This document shows, piece by piece, positions 42,269 through 55,996 of a stretch of DNA of 64,000 nt; positions within the stretch are counted from its first letter, which is position 1, and each line of letters opens with the position of its first letter. Made by a program: the position numbers and the translations under genes. This stretch comes from the human T2T-CHM13v2.0 reference genome, Homo sapiens. A model generated the notes under the pieces. The model had not been told where the DNA came from. It saw only the letters and a program-made list of their open reading frames with translations, and did not search any database. The DNA lies in the NCBI RefSeq assembly GCF_009914755.1, contig NC_060927.1, one strand, 5' to 3'.

Positions 42269-43090
42269 AGATAATATAGAATACAGGGAAAAAGAAAACC
42301 TCAGAATAAAATGAACACATGACCAATGTATTTAGAGCTTAAGCTGACCAATCTATATGGATTTTGTACTGAATATCACAGTGTATATCTACAATTCATA
42401 AAAAGGTAAATGTACTCAATTACAAATTTATAGATACAAATTTAATATCCTGAACGTTATTAACTGCCTGTATCACATTTAATTATTCCTTTTCCCAACA
42501 AATGCTTTTTGTCTACTTTATGCCAGGGTACTGTGCTTGCTCACGCATTATGTATTGAATAGGTCATAAATAAATGAGGATATTATTTAGAATAGTTATC
42601 TTGAGTATAGGGGACGGGGAGGTATGAAGTTCAGATAGGGAGAACACCCAGATAGGGAAATTAAAATGTGGGAATGCTATGTCATTTTTTATAAGCACAA
42701 ACCTATTAGAAGCCTATTAAGAAAATATACCTTGACAAATATTTTGATTTTGATAAAATTGATACATAAAATAGAACAAGCATCATATCTCAGTGCTTTT
42801 TAAATGGTAGACAACTCATTTCAAGTAAGGAAGAAATATTTGGTTTTCATGGTTACCTACAAAAGTTTATTGAGAATTTTAAACTCCTGTCCTATATTGA
42901 AATACTCAGTATATAAACACACAGACAAAATCTTCAGAAGGTTTCAAATACTCCACTTGGAATAACCCAAGTTAGTTGTTAAGGAAATCAGCAAGTTTAG
43001 GGGGAATTTTTTTTTTCTGAAGGATTAACAGAAAGTTAGATATCCTTCTATGAAGATGACACTACCCCACTGTCACTTAAAAGGTCTTAC

Positions 43091-43283
43091 AAAGACACTG
43101 ACTGTTTTCACAAACATCTCCAGCATCACAGCCTGCAAGAGTCCATGCCAGCTTCAGTGTTCTGGTTTCTCTTCCTGAATATACGGTGTAGTTAGCTATT
43201 GACCGTATATCATTACGATTTCAAAGAATGAAAAGTTCGCTCATGTGGAATGTAGGTATTCTTGACCTCTGAACTCCATTGTT
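43091..43283 (-). other. Candidate exon (193 nt) of a minus-strand transcript
   Basis: Branch-like CTCAT, then atttttccccggcttcag|AA acceptor; donor TTT|GTAAGA. Non-repeat, with several CpGs retained. Confidence 0.5.
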
Positions 43284-44099
43284 CTGAAGCCGGGGAAAAA
43301 TATGAGTATGGTGGTGATACTAAACAAATCTGATAAGGTCATGCTTGGCTTCAAAGGAAGACCAGTAACCAAGTGCACAATAGCCTGCAATTTCCAGTAT
43401 ATTCTTCTCTCTAAGCCTTGAGTGTTGATAATTAACTTCCTACTATTCTAAACTGAATTTATTGCTTTTTCAATTGCAATTTTAGTAAAATTACATAATT
43501 AAAATTTTAAAACTTATTATATGATATTCAAAAAATTAAATAAGTGATATTTTTCTCCCATGGCCTCCCTACCTCACACTTAAACATAACGATGAAAATT
43601 TATGTACCATATTACAAGGGTTTACTGGGAAGAACATTAATGAAGAATACCAAGAAAACTTTATGCTAGACTTCTAAAACATAAAAATAAACACAGGAAC
43701 TCCAATTTCCAATAAAAATGCTCAAATCAAGGGCATTTCAACTGATGAATATTTACTATGAGTTTCTGGTAATTTTTTTTTTTTGTAAAGGCATCATTTT
43801 TTTTTCAAGCAAAGATCAAAGAATATTTTGTATCTGGTCCCCTGTTGATTTATATCAGTTTAACTGCCAATATTTCTTAATTCAGAATGAAATTGCACAG
43901 AGCTCAATTTATAAATATTTATGTATAAAGTTAACAACTGTGAACTGTAGTGGTGTGTCAAACTGTAAACACAGTCATGGAATATTGGTTCATTTTGAGA
44001 ACAGATGTTATGCTATCTCCATCACGGGACTGATTGCAGGAGAAACAAGTCATGATTTAGTCTCTTGCTTTTTAGCAACTTTCAAAACAACAGGTAAAT

Positions 44100-44285
44100 C
44101 TAGGGAGAGCAAAACCTGACACTTCAGTCCCCACTTTCCATGCCTGCCATAGTGACAGACATCACTAATTTATCCTAGAACTTCCTCAGAGCTCAGATTA
44201 CCCTTGGTATAATTTTCAACATGTGCTCCGGCAGTCACTGTCTATTGACTGGAAGTTATACAAGATTCAAGCTATTTTCTCTGTA
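44100..44285 (-). mobile_element. MER117-like hAT MITE (degraded)
   Basis: ccatagtgacagacatcactaat..tttcaaca..gctccggcagtcactg. Confidence 0.45.
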
Positions 44286-44489
44286 TTTAATTCTCGTATC
44301 TTGCAGTGGTTCTCAAAATTTTTTTATGTGTAGTATATTTTCAAATATTAGAAAGTCTGTAGCATTCTCAAAGGGATTAAGAGATTGAAAACAATTATAA
44401 ATAAATTTCACCAACAATAATAATCGAATCCCTCTCACATCCTCTTGGTCTAGTAAAGTGGCCACAATTATCTGGTTCATTTTGTATCC

Positions 44490-44512
44490 AAGTTACCCTC
44501 AAAGGGTAACTT
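44490..44512. repeat. Perfect 10-bp inverted repeat
   Basis: AAGTTACCCT caa AGGGTAACTT. Confidence 0.9.
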
Positions 44513-46303
44513 TACAGCTTGGCTACAGGCCTGCATTTATTCACAGAGTAAAGCTCCCATGTACCCATTAAACACATTCCTTTGGGTCCTCCTGGTGGTC
44601 TGCTTAGGAGAGTAAACTCTACTGTTAAGAGAATGGGGTGAGATGCGTCAGTTTGCCTTAGAAAGAACATTTTGGCCAATGAGTGTTAGCCTAACCCCAG
44701 AGACAGGATGATTAGGAGTCTACTGGTTGTTTGCTGTGAAAAACAACTAGGTATCCCTGTTTTATTTGCATTATTTCCTTTAATCCTCTCAGCACTGCTG
44801 TGAGAGAACTGAGGTTCAGCGAAGTGAGTTCCTTGCCTTGTGACCCTAAGAAGAACTGACAGAGCCAGGACTCTAATCAGGAGATATGGCTGACTTCAAA
44901 GCCAGTGTGCTAAGCCTGTCTGTAACTCCGCCCTCCGGTGACTAACAGAATCCAGGGACCTTCCATAGCAGGAATGGATCTTAAAAACCAACAGCCATAC
45001 CCCAAAATGAAATAGCCACCATCATTCTTTTCACTGCTTCAGTCCGAGTTGGTTTTATTGAGGGCAGGGAATCCACTTCCTGCTTGGACCAGGTACCTGA
45101 AAGCAACTGTTCTTCTGCTTGCTTCAGGAAGTCTTTCTGAATCACTGGTCTTCCACTTGAAGCGTGGCAACTCATAGGAGATAAAGCAGATGAGAGGGCT
45201 TTGTAAACATTAAAAGCCACAGTGCCACACAATATGAATTAGTGTCAGAATTACTTAAATTTAGCCCTCCACCTTCAAACAGGAGCTATATTTTTATTCT
45301 CACTTTATAGGTGAAGCAATGGAGGAAGGAAGACAGGGACCCTACTAACCTTTATTGAGTACTTACTGCCAATGCTCCTCTAGACACGACATACATGAGA
45401 TCATTTAATTCTCACAACAGGCACCAAGTGTATGTTTTTAATTCCTTCTGTTTAATTTTTATTACTTTGTCACCTACTATATGTTTTCCTTATTTAATTT
45501 ACTTATCATCTGTGCCCTCCCCATCCCATTAGACTCTTCCTTAAGTGATTCAGATTTTGGTCTGTTTCATTTACTGCTCTATCTCTAATAGTGCCTGACA
45601 TAGAGCAGATGTTCAATAAATATTGGTTGAGTAACTAAATGGAGGCTCAGAGAGATTCAGTACCTTCCCTGAGGTCACACACTTGGAACTGAGCCCTGTG
45701 TCATCTGTATCCAATCACCATGTGAACACTCCCAGCTCTGAACCTGGGGTTGCTCAAATGATTGACGAGTCCCACCAGCAAGCAGAAGACTGAGGACAGT
45801 ACAGCCACATTTGGATATCACTTGGCATTGCATTTCACAGGAAAAAATTGTGACATTTGTCACAGGTAGGGAGGGGTGCTACCAGATGTGCTCTGAAATT
45901 ATTGCTTATTCACAACAACGACAACAAAGATAGAAGTTTAGCCCAGAGATAGCAGACAGATTCTAGATTTGGAAAACCCTAAAATAAATGGTCCTGATCG
46001 GATTACACACCCAGAAACCCAGCTCACAATTCTTCCTTGATACTTTCCTCCTAGTCTTTGGCCCCTGTCTGGTTCAGATGCCTGTAATTAAACTCAACAG
46101 AAACTGACCAAGGGCCTACTCACGGCCACTTTTTGTCACCCACAGGTGGGAACTGGGGAAAATGTTCTGAAATATTGTCTACTATGAGGAGAAAGGCAAT
46201 GAGACACTAAAGTTCATATGAAGCATTACAAAAATGATGGAGCATACAATAGAGTGCTGAGGAAGGAAAGCCTGTTATCTAAAAGCTTAAAGAAGATATG
46301 AGG

Positions 46304-46661
<358 letters not shown>

Positions 46662-46779
46662 CTAGGAAGAGAGTCACTGTCCAAAGGAAGGAAGAATCAC
46701 AAGGTCACCACCAAGCTGAAGCAGAGGAATCATAGATTCCAGAGGTCTAAGCAAAACTCAGAAGCAATAGAATTGAGCC

Positions 46780-46988
46780 CCGGGATTCTCACCCAGGGGT
46801 GATTTTGCTACACAGGTGACATTTGGCAATGTCTGGAGACATTTTTCACAACTAGGGAGGGGTGCTACTGGCATCCAATGGGCAGAGGCCAGGGATGCTA
46901 CTAAGCATCCTACAAGACAAAGGACAGACCCTACAACAAAGAATTGTCCAGCCCAAAATGCCAATAGTGGCAAGGCTGAGAAAGCTTG
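46780..46988 (+). mobile_element. MER20 (hAT-Charlie)
   Basis: ggggtgattttg..gacatttggcaatgtctggagacattttt..tgctactggcatc..gaggccagggatgct..caaagaattgtccagcccaaaatgccaatagtg. Confidence 0.9.
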
Positions 46989-47489
46989 ACTCGAAAATCA
47001 TAAGCTTTGAAGGCCAACACACCTGAGTTGGGGTCCCAGCTCTACCCCTAAGTAGCCAACTGACGTTGGGCAAATGACTTATCCTCACTCAGCTTCAGTG
47101 TGTTTATCTGTTAAATGGCAAATGCTAGTGGTAACTACTCCACAATGATCACTCCTTCATTCAGCAGGTATGCCTAAGGGGTCTCCTAAGTGTGGAGCTA
47201 AACGTGGAATTTGGGCATAAAAGCAATCAATGATACTAAAGAGGTAGAGGTGCTACTGAAGAGATACATGATGGCTAAAGAAGCTCCAAGAAGGATCATC
47301 TACCCTACACAAGAGAGATCAAAGACTTCCTGGAAGAAGTAGCATTTAATTCAACATGTGAAGGACGGTGAAGGATGACTCAGATAAAGAAGAGTGGATT
47401 AAATGAGATAACAAACGATACTCATCATGAGATGTATACATTGCACCAGGCACTAGAGTAAAAGTTTCTCTTCTTCCTAGGTACTTGGC

Positions 47490-48068
47490 TCCTTGTTTAG
47501 ACATTTTCTAAACTTCATTACAGTTGATATGGCTGTGAGACTATGTTCGTGCCAATATAATTGAGAAGTGATGTGTTGATTTCTGGGCCTGGGATTTTAA
47601 GTCATTGATTTCCCAATGACTTCTTTTTGTTCCTTCCTGAATGCAAAATAGGGAAGTGGCCCAGACCCAACTTCAACCATGCTAGGGCAGGGGTAAGCAG
47701 AGTTCTTCTGTAAGGGGTTATATAGTAAATATTTTCAGCTTTGTGGGTCATATGAACACTGTTGCAATTACTCAGCTCTGCTACTGTAGCACAAAAGTAT
47801 CTACAATATACAAGTGGGTGTGGCTGAGTTCCAATAAAACTTTATTTGTAAAAATAAAATTAAAGGACTGGATTTGGCCAGCCGCAGTTTTCTAATCCAT
47901 CTGCTCGAGATGGAGGAGCAATAAGATGGAAGGAACCTGGATTTATGATGGATAACGTGGTCTAGAACTTCCTTATCAACCTAGACTCCTTCCTTTGGAA
48001 TTGTTAGGAGAGAAAGAAGTAAATATATGCTTTAAGCCTTATAACTTAGCCTTGCCTTAACTAACACA
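47490..48068 (+). mobile_element. MLT1-family LTR split by MER58A
   Basis: gtgagactatgtt..gaagtgatgtg..ttctgggcct / gatggaggagcaataagatggaaggaacctgg..gagagaaa..tttaagcc..taactaacaca. Confidence 0.6.
47688..47902 (+). mobile_element. MER58A
   Basis: cagggg..ttctgtaagggg..tagtaaatattttcagctttgtgggtcata..gtggctgagttccaataaaactttattt..ggatttggcc. Confidence 0.85.
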
Positions 48069-48941
48069 TGGGCTTTTCAGGCTTCTTTGGGCTTATTTAG
48101 ACTGTCCTTGGAACCCAATAATTATGTACATATAATAGAGTCTTCCGCTAAAATGACCTCTGAGCATGAGGCTTTTGGAAGTAAGGCTGCCTTCAGGCTG
48201 GAGGGAGCTCATGCTTTAGCATCAAGGGTTGAGGGTTAAATTCTCAGCACTCATTCCCCATCCAGCTGAGTGAAGTAAATTGGAGACATCGTCATCATTT
48301 CAAAATTCAAGGTTTATAGAAAACCTAATAAATCATCTAAGTCTGGCTTCCTGACACCTACTGGTGTCCTCCTGGAAACTCCCCTCTAAGTAAGTGGATG
48401 GTGAGTGCACCAAATGAGATGAAAGAGCAGACAAACTCTGGGTGCTTGCCGGCAGGTCATGCTGGCTCAATGGGGCCTAGTGACCTAAAATAAGATGAAA
48501 GTAGAATTTCTTGTGGGCCTCTGGACCAAACTCAATGACGGCGTTAATTATTTCTGGTTTGCCTATGGCTGTTTTTGTTGGGAAAGTAGGAATGCAAAAG
48601 TATCCCAGGCAGATCTTTTTCCAAAAGAGTTTGAAACAAAGTGATCACAATTCTTTTTACAGTCACAAACCATTTACATCTGTAACTATTTTAGGTAACC
48701 CCACCTTCAACAGAAAGTAATCATTGCCAATTCTAAATCTCTAGACTATGACAAAAGAGAGCTAAACCAGTCAGAGGCACTGGGAGAGGAGGGAGGGTTG
48801 GCAGTGCCAAGATGTTTCCATTAGAGGGAACTTAAAAAGCATCCAGTTTAGTTTGATTCTCCCATTTCACAGATGAAAAAATTTTGACTCAGAGAGGGTA
48901 AATGTTCAAGGTCAAAAAACAAAATAATATATTATTATACC

Positions 48942-48948
<7 letters not shown>

Positions 48949-48987
<39 letters not shown>

Positions 48988-49021
48988 CGTATAACTAAAC
49001 ATATATATATATATATATATA
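48949..49021. repeat. Two (TA)n microsatellites
   Basis: About 17 TA units at 48949-48982 and about 10 at 49002-49021. Confidence 0.95.
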
Positions 49022-49425
49022 ATTGTGAGAGAATATGACTCTACTAGTCCTTTTCCCCTTTTGTTTTCTATATTGAAAAGATCCAGAGGTAAATGTGGAT
49101 CTCAACTTTTTAATCAATTTTTGTGACCAAATCACAAACTCTTATAAAACTTGGAGTTAATAAAACCTCCAGAATATTGATTTATTTATTAACTTCACTT
49201 AGTTGTCTACTAAGAAAAATGGTATGAACAAGTAAGATATTTATACCTGGTCTGGTCAAATAGCAGCTATGTCCCCCAGTGCAGTCTTTTTAAAAAAATC
49301 CTACAGAATTCTATGGCTTTCAGAAATAAGATGGAAAAGAAAGGAAGTACTAGTTACATTTAGAGTCAGATGTAAAGATGCATCATAAACAAAATTCACT
49401 TTTCTGTTTCAAATATCCCTGTACC

Positions 49426-49900
49426 TTTTAAAATTGATATATAATATATGTACAGTGTTTTGGAATACATGTGGTGTTTTGTGGCATGCATAGAATGTGT
49501 AACGATCCAGTCACAGCATTTAGGGTATCTATCACCTGGGAATTTATCATTTGAGGACATCAGTCTAGGCAAGGATTATATGGCTAGTATCTGAAAAACA
49601 CAGGCAACAAAAACAAAAGTAGACAAATGGGACTACATTAAACTAAAAAGCTTATGCATAGCAAAGGAAACAATCAACAGAGCGAAGAGACAACCTGTTG
49701 AATGATTATCTCAATAATAATACTATCTCAGTAGTATTTGCAAACTATTCATCTGACAAGGGACTGATATCCAGAGCATATAAGGAACTCAAACAACTCA
49801 ATAGCATAAAAATTTTAACTTGATTACCTCCGTAAAAGAATAAGAAATAAAATAAAATAATAACCCCATTAAAAAGTGGACAAAGAACATAAAAGGATAT
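49426..49900 (-). mobile_element. L1MA-type insertion with 5' inversion
   Basis: 49426-~49552 is an L1 3'-UTR end on the minus strand; ~49553-49900 is an ORF2 3' region on the plus strand (gacaaatgggactacattaaactaaaaagctt..aaggaactcaaacaactc). Confidence 0.8.
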
Positions 49901-50639
49901 TCCCCAGCACTTTTGCAGGGCCATTTGTCTATCAACACAACCAAAGTATCAAAGTCCCCACTGGGCTTCCCTACAAGCTGGTTGGCATCCGTGCCTCAAA
50001 TCACAGAGGTTTGTGTAAGAAATTAGCTGGAACAACTGCTGGCCACATTTTTGATCCCCCAAACTGCAGGGAAAATGCATGTATCAAGTGTTTTCAACAC
50101 ATTTTCAGATACACCAAATATGTTACAATAAAGAGCATCTCAGGTAGAGGAAAACAGTTTTGTTAGTTCTTGAGTCTAGTGTCAAAGGGGCAGGGAAGGC
50201 TTACACATGAAAAGCAAAGATGTACTTCACATTAAATAATCCACGATGACAAGATTTTAAGGAGATAAGTCCTTTTCTTCACAAGATATGTTTAACTCAC
50301 TGGCATGTCTACAAATCATCAGGCAACTACTGTACATTTTAAAAATCCATCTTAGTCCTCCATTCATGAAAACATTTTCATATTCTGACATGTGCAAATA
50401 TCCCTGCTCCTTTTTTTTCTTTTTTGGTTACACACAGAAATCATATCATAGAAGAAAATCCAAAAGATAAAGATAAGGAAAAATAAAAACAACAAACTAT
50501 AATGTCATCAACCCAAAATAAATAATTTTCAGACACTGGTAAATATCCCTCCAAATATTTCTATCTTTTTCTCTCATGTCTTATTCCCCTCTTCTCTCCT
50601 CCAAGTATATAACACACAGACATACACATCCTAAAATGA

Positions 50640-51002
<363 letters not shown>

Positions 51003-51261
51003 TAGAATATCTCTTAATGAAAATAAATGCATATCTATATGATACCTTAATGGGTATATTGTTGTTGAACAAATAAGAGATGTCTCTCCTTCCCTCTAGT
51101 ATCATAAATGATTCTTTAATAGATGTGGATATCCATGTACCTAGATCTTTATGTATCTGTTTAGTAGTTTCCACAGGCTAAATTCATAAAAGAATAGTCA
51201 CACCAAAGAATATAAATATTTTAACGTTTCAGAAACCTACAATTCCCATGTTAGGAGGAGT

Positions 51262-51465
51262 GCTGTTCAGAGCTGTCAGAAAGAACTTGGTGATACGGAA
51301 AGGTTCTATATCTGCACTATCTGATACAGGAGCCACTATCCACATGTGGCTAACATGCATTTAAAATGCCATTAGGATTAACTTTTAATTTTTTAATTTG
51401 CTTTAATTTTAATTTAAATAGCAATACATGGCTAGGGGCCACCATATTAACATCACAGATTCTAG
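51262..51465 (+). mobile_element. MER3-like hAT MITE
   Basis: gttctatatctgcact..agccactatccacatgtggcta..aatttaaatagc..catggcta..ccatatt. Confidence 0.75.
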
Positions 51466-52088
51466 ATCAAGTCAGTATTACTTGAACTTTTAAGAGTAAA
51501 TGTGCCATATCAAGCATGCCTTTTCTTAATTAATCCCAAACGCAACCTTGACATTAAAGAACATCATCTTTCCTATCAAAGAGCTTTTAGGTACTCTCTC
51601 TCTCAAGTGGTCTTCACAGTACCTTCTGAGAAAACAAGGGCAGGCGTTATTTTTTTCCATTTCATACATGATGAAAACTGGAGATCACAGAGGCAAAGTA
51701 ATTCAGAGTAAGTTAAAAGAGGCAAATGGCACACAGTCCATGTTTTCAGCTCTTTGTCCAATGTTCTTTGCTTATAAAATTAGTCTACATTACCTGAGCC
51801 TTACACAGATGGAGTTCTGCCAAAACTGAGCTCAATTTCTTGCCACCTAGCCTTTGCCTATGTGGTTCCCACTGCCAGGGATACTGGTCTTGTTCCTACT
51901 CCTTTGCCTACCTACCTGCTCTTTATCTTCCAGAAATCAGCTTAGATATCACCTTGCTTCCTCCAGCAACCTTTCTCTGACTATGCACCCCCAAGGCCTG
52001 TGTTACGTATCCCATTCTCAAAATTCTGTAGCATTCTATTCTCATCCTAGGCATAATACATTTCTTCCTTCCTCACAATTGCCTATTT

Positions 52089-52401
52089 GTCTTTTTTAAA
52101 TTTAATGTTATTTTATTTTAAGTTCCAGGATACATACACAGGATGTGAAGCTTTGTTACATAGGTAAACGTTACATAGGCCATGGTGGTTTGCTGCAACT
52201 ATCAGCCCATCACCTAGGTATTCAGCTCCACATGCATCAGCTGCTCATCCTGATGCTCTCCTTCCCCTGCCCACCCCACAGGCCCCAGTGTATGTTGCTC
52301 CCTTCCCTGTGTCCATGTGTTCTCATTGTTCAGCACCCACTTATAAGTGAGAACATGTGGTGTTTGGTTTTCTGTTTCTGAGTTAGTTTGCTGAGGATAA
52401 T
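52089..52401 (-). mobile_element. 5'-truncated L1PA (PA8-10-like) 3' end with TSD
   Basis: ccatggtggtttgctgca..ccctgtgtccatgtgttctcattgttca..gtgagaacatg; TSD AATTGCCTATTT (52077-52088 / 52402-52413). Confidence 0.93.
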
Positions 52402-53080
52402 AATTGCCTATTTCTTTATCTGAAATCGGACGCTGTGCTAAAGCAGGGGCCATGCCATTCTTGTTTACTTCAAGACCTTCAGCAGCTAGCAAGGTACCTT
52501 CTCCCATAGAGGGGACCTCGACAACCACTTGCTGAAGCAGTAAATAAAAGTATAATAGAAGAAGGGACCCCCACAGCATGTTTGTTATCAAAGAGCAAGT
52601 ATTCTGAGGTTGGAAAAATAACTTCAAATAATCCATTAATGTGATACTCAAAAGAATACATAATCAATTATAAATATAAACTAATCCATCAAGCAAATAC
52701 TTGTTGTGTATCCATGATGTTCCAGACATTGGATTCCAGATTCCAAAGATACAATAGAGAATAAGAGAGTCACAATTACTGCTATAATCTGATGAAACAG
52801 GCAATCCACAGGGCACCCAACTACAAGTGGGAGGAGGTATGATGAATGAGCTTGAGAGGGCAATCAAAGAGAACAGGAGGGAGGATCTACTTAAAAGCGG
52901 GGGAAGGGAGCATTCCAAGCACAGAGAGTTTGACTATTTTATTAAAAGCTTGGTAATAATAAACACAAAACCCAGGGTCATGGGTGTATCTCAGGGCAAG
53001 GCACACAATAGGAGAGGGGGAAACCCCACACAGACATAATGTTATAATTAATCTGCTGACTCTTGGTGTGATGGTCAGTT

Positions 53081-53138
53081 TGTGTTTGTGTGTACGTGTG
53101 TGCATGCATGTGTGTGCATGTGCACGTGTCTTGCATGC
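53081..53138. repeat. Alternating purine-pyrimidine (TG/CA) tract
   Basis: tgtgtgtacgtgtgtgcatgcatgtgtgtgcatgtgcacgtgt. Confidence 0.85.
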
Positions 53139-53219
53139 TGCCTGGACCAATGATGACAGTATGGCATGAATCAAGTATCATGGTGAAATTAACTCCATAA
53201 CCTAAGGTCCATTTGAAAG

Positions 53220-53440
53220 ATGAATGAGTGCCAGGCACTGTGTTAAGCACTGTACACTTTCTTATTTCAATTCTCATAAAAGTCCAATGAGAAAATACTG
53301 TCATTATCCCTATTTTGCCTATTAAGAAACCGAAGCACAGAAAAACCAAGTACCTTGCTAATGTCCTATGGAAAGCAAATGTTAGGAGTTGTACCAAGGC
53401 AGCTTGACTCCAGAGCCACAGTCTTCTAAACCACTGCTAT
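53220..53440 (-). mobile_element. MIR
   Basis: gtgccaggcactgtgttaagcact..attatccctatttt..gaaaccgaagcacaga..tgactccagagcc. Confidence 0.8.
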
Positions 53441-53467
53441 ACAAACCTTCTCAGGCTATACTAGTTC

Positions 53468-53680
53468 GGTTACCTATGCGTCCAATACAGTATAGCTAGG
53501 TTCCTCCTAGCCACACTGGGCTATTTAAATTTGAATTAATTAAAATTGAATAAAATTTAAAATTCAGTTGCACCAGCCATATTGCAAGCACTCAGAGGCC
53601 ACGTGGAGCAAGTGGTTACCCTCCTGGTGAGTGCAGATGGAGAACTCATCACCACAGAAAGTTCTACTGGACAGCCCTGG
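53468..53680 (-). mobile_element. MER3-like hAT MITE
   Basis: tagccaca..ggctatttaaatttgaattaattaaaatt..catcaccacagaaagttctactggacagc. Confidence 0.75.
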
Positions 53681-55485
53681 CCTACATGATTGCAGAATCA
53701 AGAACATAGCTCAGGTCAGCTCATTCCTTGGTTCTGTGCTCGTTCCCTTACTCCACACTGCTTCTCAGTGATCTTCACAGTCCTTACAGAATCTGTGCTC
53801 AGGAAGGTCCTTTGAAAATCTGCCCTGCACTGAGCTGGAAAGGTACAAGGTGACTGGGAACTGTCTGACCAGGTAGCCAGCTTTCTATGCTAGCCTTCTT
53901 CTCAGTACTGGCTATTTTTTCCCTAACAAATGAAGAAATAAAAATTATGTAACACAAAAATGTTCAGCATGTGTAAATAGTTACACAAGAGAAAATAAAA
54001 GGCTTGCCACAACACCTTCAAAGAGCCAGCCTTAATATGAATGCCAAATTTTTATCATTCCTTCAAAGTTATTTCTCCTATTAAATGCAAGTCCCTCCAT
54101 TAAAGCCACATTGGCTCATTTAGTCAACCACTCTCCTAGCCTTAGGCAGCACACACTTTTCAACTTCTTCTCATGTAACCCTCTTGGCTACTGGGAATGC
54201 TACAAAACCCACTTCAAAGCATGTGAAAGGCGGGAACAGGATCTACATGGCCAAAAGGAAAAGATTCCAGGGATGAAGTAAGATATGAAGTTTGGAGAGG
54301 AAGATGAAAGCATTTATAAACATTTTTGCAAATGCATTAGTACCAGCAAATTGAAGATGAAACAGAATGAAAAACAAAAATCTAAGTGTATCTCTGGCAT
54401 TCCAATCAAAAACTCTTTCCAGGAACCTGATTATTCAAGGGTCCCAAAATTCAGGAAGATTTAAATTAGAAGATTTTGGTTCCTAGACATGCATAATCCA
54501 ACCTTCAGGGTTATTTCATGTACATTTTCTCCTTTTGATTTTCATGACAATCCTATACGATACACAAAGCCAGTGGTAATATACTCATTTTGCAGGTAAG
54601 AAAACCAAGACGAGTCAAGTTTATAAATTGCTGGAGAATCCACATATGATCTAGGATCAAACCAAGATTTCCTGCTGCCAACTCGGAAGAGTTTTTGCTC
54701 TGCTGTACTGCATTTTAACTTTATTTTTACATTTTGAAGTATGAATCACATTCTCTACTCTTCCCTTTCTGTTCAAATAGGGCTTATGTAAAGAAAGCCT
54801 TTGAAAACCATAGCTCAGGCATGAAATAACTAGGGAAACAGAAATGTTGGCTGAGGTGGTCAATCTTTCTATAGAAGTAGTTACATGACAGATGACAAGT
54901 TGTAAGATATATGTGGGGTGGTAAATGTGGGCTATTTATTTACAAGCCTGCATGAAACCTGGATTAATATATGGCTCTAGTCACTCTTCTCCATGTTCCA
55001 CATGAAAGCATTTTTCCTGACCCTCTACTCCTTGTCAAACTCACAATCGTGTGGCACATGCTGGAACTCAATGGATACCATGCAATGACAAAGTCATCTA
55101 AAATAGGCATGGTGTTTGGCAAGAAGTCTGCTCTTTACCCCTCTGTCTGGTTAAATCTTTCTCATCCTTTAAGTCTATGGTCTAGACAAGATACCCCATC
55201 CAGAATCCTCCCTTGATTCCTTAGCACTCTGACCCCTATTGTAGCAGCTGCCCATCCCATCTTACTGGGGCAGTCCACTTGTTGTAATCCCCTGTTTAGT
55301 CTGTCTCCACCAACAGACTCTCAGCTCCAAAAGGCAAACTCTTTAAATACTGGAATGGGGCCTAACATAGAGCAGCCACCAGTAATGCTTATTGAACAAT
55401 TACTTCAATAACTTCAATTAGGGTTCAAATATACCAAAGATGCCCATTTAGAAATGCACTGAGACAACATCTACTCTTAGTGGGG

Positions 55486-55982
55486 TGTCATAGGCAGAAT
55501 CTTGGCCCCTGTCATTTTGTTCCCTACTGTTACACCCATTAATATATTATGTTACCTGGCAAAAGGGACTTTGCAAACATAATTAAGGTCACTGACGAGC
55601 TTTGCCTTTAAAACAGGCAAATTATCCTGGATTATTCTGGCGGGACTAACATAATCATCTGAGTTCTTAAAAGCAGAAAAGGAAGTGAGAGCGATGTGAA
55701 GCATAAGAATGCAGTCTGCCATTGCTGAGTTGAAAATGGAGCGGCCACGTGGAAAACACAAGAAGGCAATCAATTCTGCCAACAACCAGGAGCTTGGAAG
55801 GGGAGCCTGAGTCCTGGATAAGGACTGCAGCCTCAGCTGCTTAACCGAATTTCAACCTGTGAGACCCTGAGCAGAGAATCTAGCTAGAATTCTAACCTAC
55901 AGAAACTGAGATAATAAACATGTGATATTTTAAGCTGCCACCTCTGTGTAATTCGTTATGGCGGCAATAGAAAACTAACGCG
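55486..55982 (+). mobile_element. MLT1D/E-like MaLR LTR
   Basis: ggcaaaagggactttgca..taattaagg..attatcctggattat..ttctgccaacaacc..gtgagaccctgagcagagaa..gcaatagaaaactaa. Confidence 0.85.
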
Positions 55983-55996
55983 GGGGATTCCCCAGA

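Noticed and set aside
54585-54606. ttttgcag|gtaaga splice-like site
   Set aside because: It is a mutated MIR core (cccattttacagatgaggaaac) with no partner site.
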